This document shows positions 50,001 through 64,000 of a stretch of DNA of 64,000 nucleotides, piece by piece (the stretch's first letter is position 1; every line of letters begins with the position of its first letter). Position numbers and translations under genes: made by a program. Under the pieces are notes generated by a model. That model was not told the DNA's origin, made no database searches, and saw only the letters and a list, made by a program, of their open reading frames with translations. Source of the stretch: the human T2T-CHM13v2.0 reference genome, Homo sapiens; assembly GCF_009914755.1 (NCBI RefSeq), contig NC_060946.1. One strand, 5' to 3'.

Positions 50001-53000
50001 AATGAAATGGAATGGAAAGGAATGGAATAGAATGAAATCAACCCGAGTGGAATGGAACGGAATGGAATGGCATGGAAAGGAATCAATGGAATGGAATGGT
50101 GTGGAATCAACAGGAGAGGAATGGAATGGAATGGAATGGAACGGAACGGAATGGAAAGGAATGGAATGGAATGAACCCGAATGCAATGGAATGGATTGGA
50201 ATGGAATGGAATGGAATCAAGCCGAGAGTAAAGGAATGGAATGGAATGGATTGGACTGGAATGTAATGGAATGGAGTGGAATGGAATGGAATCAACACGA
50301 ATGGAATGGAACGGAATGGAATGGGATGGGATGGAATGGAATGGAATGGAAGTTAATCAACACGAATGGAATGGAACGGAATGGAATGGAATGGAATGGA
50401 ATGAACCCGAATGGAATGGAATTATTTTAAATGGAATGGAATGGAATCAACCGGAGCGGAAAGGAATAGAATGGAATGGATTGGAATGGAATGCGATGGA
50501 ATGGAATGGAATCAACACGAATGGACTGAAACGGAATGGAATGGGACGGGATGGAATGGAATGGAATGGAATGGAATGGAATGGAATGGAATGGAATGGA
50601 GTGGAATGGAATCAACCCGAAAGGGATGGCATGGAATGGAATCGAATGGAATCAACTGGAATGGAATGGAATGGAATGGAATGGGATGGAATGGAATAAA
50701 TCCGGGTGGAGTGGAATGGAATGTAATGGAGTGGAATGTAATGGAATTTAGTGGAATGGAATGGAATGGAATGGAATGGAATGGAATGGAATGGATCGGT
50801 ATGGAATGTAATGGTATCAACTGGAATGGAAGGGAATGGAATGGAATAAATCCGGGTGGAGTGCAATGGAATGTAATGGAGTGGAATGGAATGGAATTTA
50901 TTGGAATGGAATGGAATGGAATGGAATGGAAAGGAATGGAATAGAATCAACACGAATGGAATGGAACGGAATGGAATGGAATGGAATGGACTGGAATCAA
51001 CCCGAATGAGATGGCATGGAATGGAATGGAATGGAATGCAATGGAATGGAATGGAATGGAATGGAATGCAATGGAATGGAATGGAATGGAATGGAATCAA
51101 CCGAAGTTTAATGGAATGGAATGGAATGCAATGGAATCCAACCGAGTGGAATGGAATGGAATGGAATGGCATGGAATGGAGTGGAATGGAACGGAATGGA
51201 GTGGAATGGAATAAACACCAGGGGAATGAAATGGATTGGAAAGAAATGGAATGGAATGGAATGGAATTGAATGAAATCAAACCGAGTGGAATGGAACGGA
51301 ATGGAATGGAATGGAAAGGAATGAATGGAATGGAATGGTGTGGAATCAACACGAGAGGAATGGAATGGAATAGAATGGAACGGAACGGAATGGAAAGGAA
51401 TGGAATAGAATGGAACGGAAAGGAATGGAAAGGAATGGAATGGAATTAACCCGAATGGAATGGAATGGATTGGAATGGAATGGAATGGAATCAACCCGAT
51501 CGGAAAGGAATGGAATGGAATGGAGTGGAATGTAATGTAATGCAATGGAATGGAATGGAATGGAATAGAATCAAAACGAATGGAATGGAACGAAATGGAA
51601 TGGGATGGGATGGAATGGAATGGAATGGAAGTTAATTAACACGAATGGAATGGAACGGAATGGAATGGAATGGAATGGAATGGAATGAACCCGAATGGAA
51701 TGGAATGATTTGGAATGGAATGGAATGGAATCAACCGGAGCGGAAAGGAATAGAATGGAATGGATTGGAATGGAATGCAATGGAATGGAATGGAATCAAC
51801 ACGAATGGAATGAAACGGAATGGAATGGGATGGGATGGAATGGAATGGAATGGAAGTTAATCAACACGAATGGAATGGAATGGAATGGAATGGAATGGAA
51901 TGAACCCGAATGGAATGGAATGGATTGGAATGGAATGGAAAGGAATCAACCCGAGCGGAAAGGAATGGAATGGAATGGAGTGGAATGGAGTGGAATGTAA
52001 TGTAATGTAATGTAATGGAATGGAATGGAATGGAATGGAATGGAATCAACCCATGTACAATGGAATGGAATGGAATGCAATGGAATCCACCTGAGTGGAA
52101 TGGAATGGAATGGAATGGAATGGAATGGAATGGAATGGAATGGAGTGGAATGGAACGGAATGGAGTGGAATGGAATAAACACCAGGGGAATGAAATGGAT
52201 TGGAATGGAATGGAATGGAATGGAATGGAATGGAATGGAATGGAATGGAATCAACCCGAGTGGAATGGAACGGAATGGAATGGAATGGAAAGGAATCAAT
52301 GGAATGGAATGTTGTGGAATCAACACGAGAGGAAAGGAATGGAATGGAATGGAACGGAACGGAATGGAAAGGAATGGAATGGAATGAAACCGAATGGAAT
52401 GGAATGGATTAGAATGGAATGGAATGGAATCAACCCGAGCGGAAAGGAATGGAAGGGAATGGAGTGGAATGGAATGGAATGGAATGGAATCAACCCAAGT
52501 GCAATGGAATGGAATGGAATGCAATGTAATCCACCCGAGTGGAATGGAATGGAATGGAATGGAATGGAATGGAATGGAATGGAATGGAGTGGAATGGAAC
52601 GGAATGGAGTGGAATGGATTAAACACCAGGGGAATGAAATGGATTGGAATGAAATGGAATGGAAAGGAATGGAATGGAATGAAATCAACCCGAGTGGAAT
52701 GGAACGGAATGGAATGGCATGGAAAGAAATCAATGGAATGGAATGGTGTGGAATCAACAGAAGAGGAATGGAATGGAATGGAATGGAACGGAACGGAATG
52801 GAAAGGAATGGAATGAAAACGAATGGAATGGAATGGATTGGAATGGAATGGAATGGAATCAAGCCGAACGTAAAGGAATGGAATAGAATGGATTGGACTG
52901 GAATTTAATGGAATGCAATGAAATGGAATGGAATCAACAAGAATGGAATAGAACGGAATGGAATGGAAGGGGATGGAATGGAATGGAATGGAAGTTAATC

Positions 53001-56000
53001 AACACGAATGGAATGGAACGGAATGGACTGGAATGGAATGGAATGAACCCGAATGGAATGGAATGGATTGGAATGGAATGGAACGTAATCAACCCGAGCG
53101 GAAAGGAATGGAATGGAATGGAGTGGAATGGAATGTAATGTAATGGAATGGAATGGGATAGAATCAACACGAATGGAATGGAACGGAATGGAATGGAATG
53201 GGATGGAATGGAATGGAATGGAAGTTAATCAACACGAATGGAATGGAACGGAATGGAATGGAATGGAATGGAACGGAACGGAACGGAACGGAACGGAACG
53301 GAATGGAATGGAATGGAATGGAATGGAATGGAATGGAATGAAATGGAAAGGAACGGAATGGAATGAACACGAGTGGAATGGAATGGAACGGAATGAAATC
53401 AACCCGAGTGGAATGAAATGGAATGTAATGCAATGGGATGGAATGGAATCAACCCGAGTGGAATGGAATGGAACTGAATGAAATGGTATGGATCGGAATG
53501 GAATCCAATGGAATCAACTGGAATGGAATGGAATGGAATGGAATGGAATAAATCGGGGTGGAGTGGAATGGAATGTATTGGAGTGGAATGGAATGGAATT
53601 TAGTGGAATGGAATGGAATGGAATGGAATGGAATGGAATCAACCCGAATGGAATGCAACGGAATGGAATGGAAAGGAAAGGAAAGGAATGGAATGGAATG
53701 GAATGGAATGGAATGGAATAAATCGGGGTGGAGTGGAATGGAATGTATTGGAGTGGAATGGAATGGAATTTAGTGGAATGGAATGGAATGGAATGGAATG
53801 GAATGGAATCAACCCGAATGGAATGCAACGGAATGGAATGGAAAGGAAAGGAAAGGAATGGAATGGATTGGAATGGAATGGCATGAAATGGAATGGATCG
53901 GAATGGTATCCAATGGAATCAACTGGAATGGAATGGAATGGAATGGAATGGAATGGAATGGAATGGAATAAATCCGTGTGGAGTGGAATGGAATGTAAAG
54001 GAGTGGAATGTAATGGAATTTAGTGGAATGGAATGTAATGGAATCAACCCGAATGGAATGGAACGGAATGGAATGGAAAGGAATGGAATGGAATGGAATA
54101 GAATGGACTGGAATGTTATGGAATGGAATGGAGTGGAATGGAATCAACCCGAATGGGATGGCATGGAATGGAATCGAATGGAATCAACTGGAATGGAATG
54201 GAATGGAATGGAATGGAGTGGAATGTAATGCAATTTAGTGGAATGGAATGGAATGGAATGGAATGGAATGGAATGAAATGGATTGGATCGGTATGGAATG
54301 CAATGGTATCAACTGGAATGGAAGGGAATGGAATGGAATGGAATAAATCTCGGTGGAGTGGAATGGAATGTAATGGAGTGGAATGGAATGGAATTTAGTG
54401 GAATGGAATGGAATGGAATGGAATGGAAAGGAATGGAATGGAATCAACACGAATGGAATGGAACGGAATGGAATGGAATGGAATGGAATGGAATGGACTG
54501 GAATCAACCCGAATGAGATGGCATGGAATGGAATGGAATGGAATGCAATGGAATGGAATGGAATGGAATGGAATCAACCCAAGTTTAATGGAATGGAATG
54601 GAATGCAATGGAATCCAACCGAGTGGAATGGAATGGAATGGAATGGCATGGAATGGAGTGGAATGGAACGGAATGGAGTGGAATGGAATAAACACCAGGG
54701 GAATGAAATAGATTGGAAAGAAATGGAATGGAATGGAATGGAATTGAATGAAATCAAACCGAGTGGAATGGAACGGAATGGCATGGAATGGAAAGGAATG
54801 AATGGAATGGAATGGTGTGGAATCAACACGAGAGGAATGGAATGGAATAGAATGGAACGGAATGGAATGGAAGGGAATGGAATGGAATGGAACGGAAAGG
54901 AATGGAAAAGAATGGAATGGAATTAACCCGAATGGAATGGAATGGATTGGAATGGAATGGAATGGAATCAACCCGATCGGAAAGGAATGGAATGGAATGG
55001 AGTGTAATGTAATGTAATGTAATGTAATGGAACGGAATGGAATCAACACGAATGGAATGGAACGGAATGGAATGGAATGGAATGGAATGGAATGAACCCG
55101 AATGGAATGGAATGGATTGGAATTGAATGGAATGGAATCAACAGGAGCGGAAAGGAATGGAATGGAATGGAGTGGAATGGAATGGAATGGAATGGAATGG
55201 AATGGAATGGAATAGAATCAACACGAATGGAATGGAACGGAATGGAATGGGATGGGATGGAATGGAATGGAATGGAAGTTAATCAACACGAATGGAATGG
55301 AACGGAATGGAATGGAATGGAATGGAATGGAATGAACCCGAATGGAATAGAATGATTTGGAATGGAATGGAATGGAATCAACCGGAGCGGAAAGGAATAG
55401 AATGGAATGCATTGGAATGGAATGCAATGGAATGGAATGGAATCAACACGAATGGAATGAAACGGAATGGAATGGGACGGGATGGAATGGAATGGAATGA
55501 AAGTTAATCAACACGAATGGAATGGAATGGAATGGAATGGAATGGAATGGAATGGAATGAACCCGAATGGAATGGAATGGATTGGAATGGAATGGAAAGG
55601 AATCAACCCGAGTGGAAAGGAAAGGAATGGAATGGAGTGGAATGGAGTGGAATGTAATGTAATGGAATAGAATGTAATGTAATGGAATGGAATCGAATCA
55701 ATCCAAGTGCAATGGAATGGAATGGAATGCAATGGAATCCACCTGAGTGGAATGGAATGGAATGGAATGGAATGGAATAGAATGGAATGGAATGGAATGG
55801 AGTGGAATGGAACGGAATGGATTGGAATGGAATAAACACCAGGGGAATGAAATGGATTGGAATGAAATGGAATGGAATGGAATCGAATGGAATGGAATGG
55901 AATGGAATCAACCCGAGTGGAATGGAACGGAATGGAATGGAATGGGAAGGAATCAATGGAATGGAATGTTGTGGAATCAACACGAGAGGAATGGAATGGA

Positions 56001-59000
56001 ATGGAATGGAACGGAACAGAATGGAAAGGAATGGAATGGAATGAACCCGAATGGAATGGAATGGATTGGAATGGAATGGAATGGAATCAACTCGAGCGGA
56101 AAGGAATGGAATGGAAAGGAGTGGAATGGAATGGAATGGAATGGAATCAACCACAAGTGCAATGGAATGGAATGGAATGCAATGGAATCCACCCGAGTGG
56201 AATGGAATGGAATGGAATGGAATGGAATGGAATGGAACGGAATGGAGTGGAATGGATTAAACACGAGGGGAATGAAATGGATTGGAATGAAATGGAATGG
56301 AAAGGAATGGAATAGAATGAAATCAACCCGAGTGGAATGGAACGGAATGGAATGGCATGGAAAGGAATCAATGGAATGGAATGGTGTGGAATCAACAGGA
56401 GAGGAATGGAATGGAATGGAATGGAACGGAACGGAATGGAAAGGAATGGAATGGAATGAACCCGAATGCAATGGAATGGATTGGAATGGAATGGAATGGA
56501 ATCAAGCCGACAGTAAAGGAATGGAATGGAATGGATTGGACTGGAATGTAATGGAATGGAGTGGAATGGAATGGAATCAACATGAATGGAATGGAACGGA
56601 ATGGAATGGGATGGGATGGAATGGAATGGAATGGAAGTTAATCAACACGAATGGAATGGAACGGAATGGAATGGAATGGAATGGAATGAACCCGAATGGA
56701 ATGGAATTATTTTAAATGGAATGGAATGGAATCAACCGGAGTGGAAAGGAATAGAATGGAATGGATTGGAATGGAATGCGATGGAATGGAATGGAATCAA
56801 CACGAATGGACTGAAACGGAATGGAATGGGACGGGATGGAATGGAATGGAATGGAATGGAATGGAATGGAATGGAATGGAATGGAGTGGAATGGAATCAA
56901 CCCGAATGGGATGGCATGGAATGGAATCGAATGGAATCAACTGGAATGGAATGGAATGGAATGGAATGGGATGGAATGGAATAAATCCGGGTGGAGTGGA
57001 ATGGAATGTAATGGAGTGGAATGTAATGGAATTTAGTGGAATGGAATGGAATGGAATGGAATGGCATGGAATGGAATGGATTGGATCGGTATGGAATGCA
57101 ATGGTATCAACTGGAATGGAAGGGAATGGAATGGAATAAATCCGGGTGGAGTGGAATGGAATGTAATGGAGTGGAATGGAATGGAATTTATTGGAATGGA
57201 ATGGAATGGAATGGAATGGAAAGGAATGGAATAGAATCAACACGAATGGAATGGAACGGAATGGAATGGAATGGAATGGACTGGAATCAACCCGAATGAG
57301 ATGGCATGGAATGGAATGGAATGGAATGCAATGGAATGGAATGGAATGGAATGGAATCAACCCAAGTTTAATGGAATGGAATGGAATGCAATGGAATCCA
57401 ACCGAGTGGAATGGAATGGAATGGAATGGCATGGAATGGAGTGGAATGGAACGGAATGGAGTGGAATGGAATAAACACCAGGGGAATGAAATGGATTGGA
57501 AAGAAATGGAATGGAATGGAATGGAATTGAATGAAATCAAACCGAGTGGAATGGAACGGAATGGAAAGGAATGAATGGAATGGAATGGTGTGGAATCAAC
57601 ACGAGAGGAATGGAATGGAATAGAATGGAACGGAACGGAATGGAAAGGAATGGAGTGGAATGGAACGGAAAGGAATGGAAAGGAATGGACTGGAATTAAC
57701 CCGAATGGAATGGAATGGATTGGAATGGAATGGAATGGAATCAACCCGATCGGAAAGGAATGGAATGGAATGGAGTGGAATATAATGTAATGTAATGTAA
57801 TGGAACGGAATGGAATCAACACGAATGGAATGGAACGGAATGGAATGGGATGGGAAGGAATGGAATGGAATGGAATTTAATCAACACGAATGGAATGGAA
57901 CGGAATGGAATGGAATGGAATGGAATGGAATGGAATGGAATGAACCCGAATGGAATGGAATGGATTGGAATTGAATGGAATGGAATCAACAGGAGTAGAA
58001 AGGAATGGAATGGAATGGATTGGAATTGAATGGAATGGAATCAACAGGAGCAGAAAGGAATGGAATGGAATGGAGTGGAATGCAATGTAATGGAATGGAA
58101 TGGAATGGAATGGAATAGAATCAACACGAATGGAATGGAACGAAATGGAATGGGATGGGATGGAATGGAATGGAATGGAAGTTAATCAACACGAATGGAA
58201 TGGAACGGAATTGAATGGAATGGAATGGAATGGAATGAACCTGAATGGAATGGAATGATTTGGAATGGAATGGAATGGAATCAACCGGAGCGGAAAGGAA
58301 TAGAATGGAATGGATTGGAATGGAATGCAATGGAATGGAATGGAATCAACACGAATGGAATGAAACGGAATGGAATGGGATGGGATGGAATGGAATGGAA
58401 TGGAAGTTAATCAACACGAATGGAATGGAATGGAATGGAATGGAATGAACCCGAATGGAATGGAATGGATTGGAATGGAATGGAAAGGAATCAACCCGAG
58501 CGGAAAACAATGGTATGGAATGGAGTGGAATGGAGTGGAATGTAATGTAATGTAATGGAATGGAATGGAATGGAATGGAATGGAATGGAATGAAATCAAC
58601 CCAAGTGCAATGGAATGGAATGGAATGCAATGGAATCCACCTGAGTGGAATGGAATGGAATGGAATGGAATGGAATGGAGTGGAATGGAACGGAATGGAG
58701 TGGAATGGAATAAACACCAGGGGAATGAAATGGATTGGAATGAAATGGAATGGAATGGAATGGAATGGAATGGAATGGAATGGAATCAACCCGAGTGGAA
58801 TGGAACGGAATGGAATGGAATGGGAAGGAATCAATGGAATGGAATGCTGTGGAATCAACACGAGAGGAATGGAATGGAATGGAATGGAACGGAACGGAAT
58901 GGAAAGGAATGGAATGGAATGAACCCGAATGGAATGGAATGGATTGGAATGGAATGGAATGGAATCAACCCGAGCGGAAAGGAATGGAATGGAATGGAGT

Positions 59001-62000
59001 GGAATGGAATGGAATGGAATGGAATCAACCCAAGTGCAATGGAATGGAATGGAATGCAATGGAATCCACCCGAGTGGAATGGAATGGAATGGAATGGAAT
59101 GGAACGGAATGGAATGGAGTGGAATGGAACGGAATGGAGTGGAATGGAATGGAATGGAATGGAATCAACCCAAGTGCAATGGAATGGAATGGAATGCAAT
59201 GGAATCCACCCGATTGGAATGGAATGGAATGGAATGGAGTGAAATGGAACGGAATGGAGTGGAATGGATTAAACACCAGGGGAATGAAATGGATTGGAAT
59301 GAAATGGAATGGAAAGGAATGGAATGGAATGAAATCAACCCGAGTGGAATGGAACGGAATGGAATGGCATGGAAAGGAATCAATGGAATGGAATGCTGTG
59401 GAATCAATAGCAGAGGAATGGAATGGAATGGAATGGAACGGAACGGAATGGAGAGGAATGGAATGGAATGAACCCGAATGGAATGGAATGGATTGGAATG
59501 GAATGGAATGGAATCAAGCCGAGCGTAAAGGAATGGAATGGAATGGATTGGACTGGAATGTAATGGAATGGAATGAAATGGAATGGAATCAACACGAATG
59601 GAATGGAACCGAATGGAATGGGATGGGATGGAATGGAATGGAATGGAAGTTAATCAACACGAATGGAATGGAACGGAATGGACTGGAATGGAATGGAATG
59701 AACCCGAAAGGAATGGAATGGATTGGAATGGAATGGAATGTAATCAACCCGAGCGGAAAGGAATGGAATGGAATGGAGTGGAATGGAATGGAATGTAATG
59801 GAATGGAATGGGATACAAACAACACGAATGGAATGGAATATAATGGAATGGAATGGGATACAAACAACACGAATGGAATGGAACGGAATGGAATGGAATG
59901 GGAGGGAATGGAATGGAATGGAAGTTAATCAACACGAATGGAATGGAAAGGAATGGAATGGAATGGAATGGAACGGAACGGAACGGAATGGAATGGACTG
60001 GAATGGAATGGAATGGAATGAAATGGAAAGGAATGGAATGGAATGAACACGAGTGGAATGGAATGGAACGGAATGGAATCAACCCGAGTGGAATGAAATG
60101 GAATTTAATGCAATGGGATGGAGTGGAATCAACCCGAGTGGAATGGAATGGAACTGAATGAAATGGTATGGATCGGAATGGAATCCAATGGAATCAACAA
60201 GAATGGAATGGAATGGAATGGAATGGAATAAATCCGGGTGGAGTGGAATGGAATGTAATGGAGTGGAATGGAATGGAATTTAGTGGAATGGAATGGAATG
60301 GAATGGAATGGAATCAACCCGAATGTAATGGAACGGAATGGAATGGAAAGGAAAGGAATGGAATGGAATGGAATGGAATAAATCCGGGTGGAGTGGAATG
60401 GAATGTAATGGAGTGGAATGGAATGGAATGTAATGGAATGGAATGGAATGGAATGGAATGGAATCAACCCGAGCAGAAAGGAATGGAATGGAATGGAGTG
60501 GAATGGAAAGAAATGGAATGGAATGGAATGCAATGGAATCAACACGAATGGAATGGAACGGAATGGAATGGGATGGGATGGAAAGAAATGGAATGGAAGT
60601 TAATCGACACGAAAGGAATGGAATGGAATGGAATGGAATGGAATGGAATGGAATGGAATGGAATGAACCCGAAGGGAATGGAATGGATTGGAATGGAGTG
60701 GAATGGAATGGAATGGAATGGAATGGAATCAACACGAATGGAATGGAACGGAATGGAATGGGATGGGTTGGAATGGAATGGAATGGAAGTTAAGCAACAC
60801 GAATGGAATGGAACGGAATGGAATGGAATGGAATGGAATGGAATCGAATGGAATGAAATGGAAAGGAAGGAATGGAATCAATAGGAGTGGAATGGAATGG
60901 AACGGAATGGAATCAACCCGAGTGGAATGATATGGAATGAAATGCAATGGGATGGAGTGGAATCAACCAGAGTGGAATGGAATGGAATGGAATGAAATGG
61001 AATGGATCGGAATGGAATCCAATGGAATCAACTGGAATGGAATTGAATGGAATGGAAAGGAATGGAATGGAATGGAAGAAATCCGGGTGGAGTGGAATGG
61101 AATGTAATGGAGTGGAATGTAATGGAATTTAGTGGAATGGAATGGAATGGAATGGAATGGAATGGAATCAACCCGAATGGAATGGAATGGAATGGAATGG
61201 AAAGGAATGGAATGGAATGGAATGGAATGGAATGGAATGGTATGGAATTAACCCGAATGGGATGGCATGGAATGGAGTTGAATGGAATGGACTGGAATGG
61301 AATGGAATGGAATGGAATCAACCCAAGTGCAATGGAATGGAATGGACTGCAATGGAATCCACCCGAGTGGAATGGAATGGAATGGAATGGAATCAACCGG
61401 AATGGGATGGCATGGAATGGGATTGAATGGAATGGACTGGAATGGATTGGAATGGAATGGAATGGAATGGAATGGATTGGAATGGAATCAACCCAAGTGT
61501 AATGGAGTGGAATGGAATGCAATGGAATACCCCCGAGTGGAATGGAATGGAGTGGAATGGAATGGAATGGAGTGGAATGGAACGGAATGGAGTGGAATGG
61601 AATAAACCCCAGGGGAATGAAATGGATTGGAATGAAATGGAATGGAATGGAATGGAATGGAATGGAATGAAATAAACCCGAGTAGAATGGAACGGAATGG
61701 AATGGAATGGAAAGGAATGAATGGAATGGAATGCTGTGGAATCAACGCGAGAGGAATGGTATGGAACGGAACGGAATGGAAAGGAACGGAATGGAAAGGA
61801 ATGGAATGGAATGAACCGGAATGGAATGGAATGGATTGGAATGTAATGGAATGGAATCAACCTGAGCGGAAAGGAATGGAATGGAATGGAGTGGAGTGGA
61901 ATGGAATGGAATGGAATGGAATGGAATGGAATCAACACGAATGGAATGGAACGGAATGGAATGGGATGGCATGGAATGGAATGGAATGGAAGTTAATCAA

Positions 62001-64000
62001 CACTAATGGAATGGAACGGAATGGAATGGAATAGAATGGAATGGAATGGAATGGAAATGAACGGAATGGAATCAACAAGAGTGGAATGGAATGGAACGGA
62101 ATGGAATAAACCCGAGTGGAATGAAATGGAATGTAATGAAATGGGATGGAGTGGAATCAACCCGAGTGGAATGGAATGGAATGGAATGGAATGGAATGGA
62201 ATGGAATGAAATGGAATGGATCGGAATGGAATCCAATGGAGTCAACTGGAATGGGATGGAATGGAATGGAAGGGAATGGAATGGAATAAATCCGGGTGGA
62301 GTGGAATGGAATGTAATGGAGTGGAACGTAATGTAATTTAGTGGAATGGAATGGAATGGAATGGAGTGGAATGGAATGAAACTGATTGGATCGGAATGGA
62401 ATCCAATAGAATCAACTGGAATGGAATGGAAAGGAATGGAATGGAATGGAATGGAATGGAATGGAATCAACCCGAATGGGATGGCATGGAATGGAATTGA
62501 ATGGAATGGACTGGAATGGAATGGAATGGACTGGAATGGAATCAACCCAAGTGCAATGGAATGGAATGGAATGCAATGGAATCCACCAGAGTGGAATGGA
62601 AAGGAATGGAATGGAATGGAAGGTAATGGAGTGGAATGGAACGGAATGGAGTGGAATGGAATAAACACCAGGGGAATGAAATGGATTGGAAGGAAATGGA
62701 ATGGAATGGAATGGAATGTAATGGAATGGAATGAAATCAACATGAGTGGAATAGAACGGAATGGAATGAAATGGAAAGGAATGAATAGAATGGAATGGTG
62801 TGGAATCAACACGAGAGCAATGGTATGGAATGGAATGGAATGGAATGGAATGGAATGGAATGGAATGGATTGCAATGAAAAGGATCGGAATGGAATCCAA
62901 TGGAATAAACTGGAATGGAATGGAATGGAATGGAATGGAATGGAACGGAATGGAAAGGAATAAATCAGGGTGGAGTGGAATCGAATGTAATGGAGTGGAA
63001 TGTAATGGAATTTAGTGGAATGGAATGGAATGGAATGGATTGGAATGAAATGGATTGGATGTGAATGGAATACAATGGAATCAACTGGAATGGAATGGAA
63101 TGGAACGGAATGGAATAAATCCGGGTGGAGTGGAATGGAATGTAATGGAGTGGAATGGAATGGAACTTAGTGGAATTTAATGGAATGGAATGGAATGGAA
63201 TGGAATGGAATGGAATGGAATCAACCCGAATGGAATGGAATGGAATGGAATGGAAAGAAATGGAATGGAATGGAATGGAATGGAGTGGAATGGAATGGAA
63301 TGGTATGGAATCAACGCGAATGGGATGGCATGGAATGGAGTTGAATGGAATGGACTGGAATGGAATGGAATGGAATGGAATGGAATGGAATGGAATCAAC
63401 CCGAATGGGATGGCATGGAATGGAATTGAATGGAATGGACTGGAATGGAATGGAATGGACTGGAATGGAATCAACACAAGTGCAATGGAATGGAATGGAA
63501 TGCAATGGAATCCACCAGAGTGGAATGGAAAGGAATGGAATGGAATGGAAGGTAATGGAGTGGAATGGAACGGAATGGAGTGGAATGGAATAAACACCAG
63601 GGGAATGAAATGGATTGGAAGGAAATGGAATGGAATGGAATGGAATGTAATGGAATGGAATGAAATCAACATGAGTGGAATAGAACGGAATGGAATGAAA
63701 TGGAAAGGAATGAATAGAATGGAATGGTGTGGAATCAACACGAGAGCAATGGTATGGAATGGAATGAAATGGAATGGAATGGAATGGATTGGAATGAAAA
63801 GGATCGGAATGGAATCCAATGGAATAAACTGGAATGGAATGGAATGGAATGGAAAGGAATGGAATGGAATGGAAAGGAATAAATCAGGGTGGAGTGGAAT
63901 GGAATGTAATGGAGTGGAATGTAATGGAATTTAGTGGAATGGAATGGAATGGAATAGATTGGAATGAAATGGATTGGATGTGAATGGAATACAATGGAAT
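32008..64000 (+). repeat. Human satellite 3 (HSat3 / satellite III), (GGAAT)n with CAACCCGAGT-type interruptions; kilobase-scale higher-order repeat
   Basis: The GGAAT pentamer dominates, with interspersed CAACCCGAGT, CAACACGAAT and TAAATCCGGGT motifs typical of HSat3; one orientation throughout; continues past the window end. Confidence 0.98.

Noticed and set aside
32008-64000. HSat2 assignment, telomeric repeat, or an internal strand inversion
   Set aside because: It lacks the dominant CATTCGATTC-type 23/26-bp HSat2 pattern and TTAGGG repeats; no switch to ATTCC on the + strand was seen

Overview
Human, or at least hominid, heterochromatic satellite DNA; there is no prokaryotic content. 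Positions 1-32,002 are a 68-bp beta-satellite (Sau3A/BSR) array interrupted by four diverged D4Z4/DUX4-like cassettes on the + strand. These are a single unit at ~3.8-6.6 kb, a head-to-tail pair at ~11.6-17.6 kb containing one complete 3,244-bp KpnI unit, and a single unit at ~27.2-30.0 kb. Each block ends in a pLAM/DUX4-exon-3-like segment that lacks the FSHD ATTAAA poly(A) signal. A full-length AluYa5 with a 16-bp TSD lies at 30,128-30,429. From ~32,008 to the end is a single-orientation (GGAAT)n human satellite 3 (HSat3) array, whose higher-order period shifts from ~5.15 kb to ~6.3 kb. The layout matches the known LSau/beta-satellite composite next to HSat3, typical of acrocentric short arms and some pericentromeres, but the chromosome cannot be assigned from sequence alone. 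All component families are known. The best candidate for something new is the fourth DUX copy: an indel-free frame with a TATAA box and a DUX5-like upstream ATG, encoding only the two homeodomains (DUX4-s-like). Copies 1 and 2 keep only the 76-aa C-terminal activation-domain ORF. Comparisons with DUX4, D4Z4, pLAM and Alu references are from memory, not from alignments. Almost all other ORFs in the supplied track are satellite artefacts.
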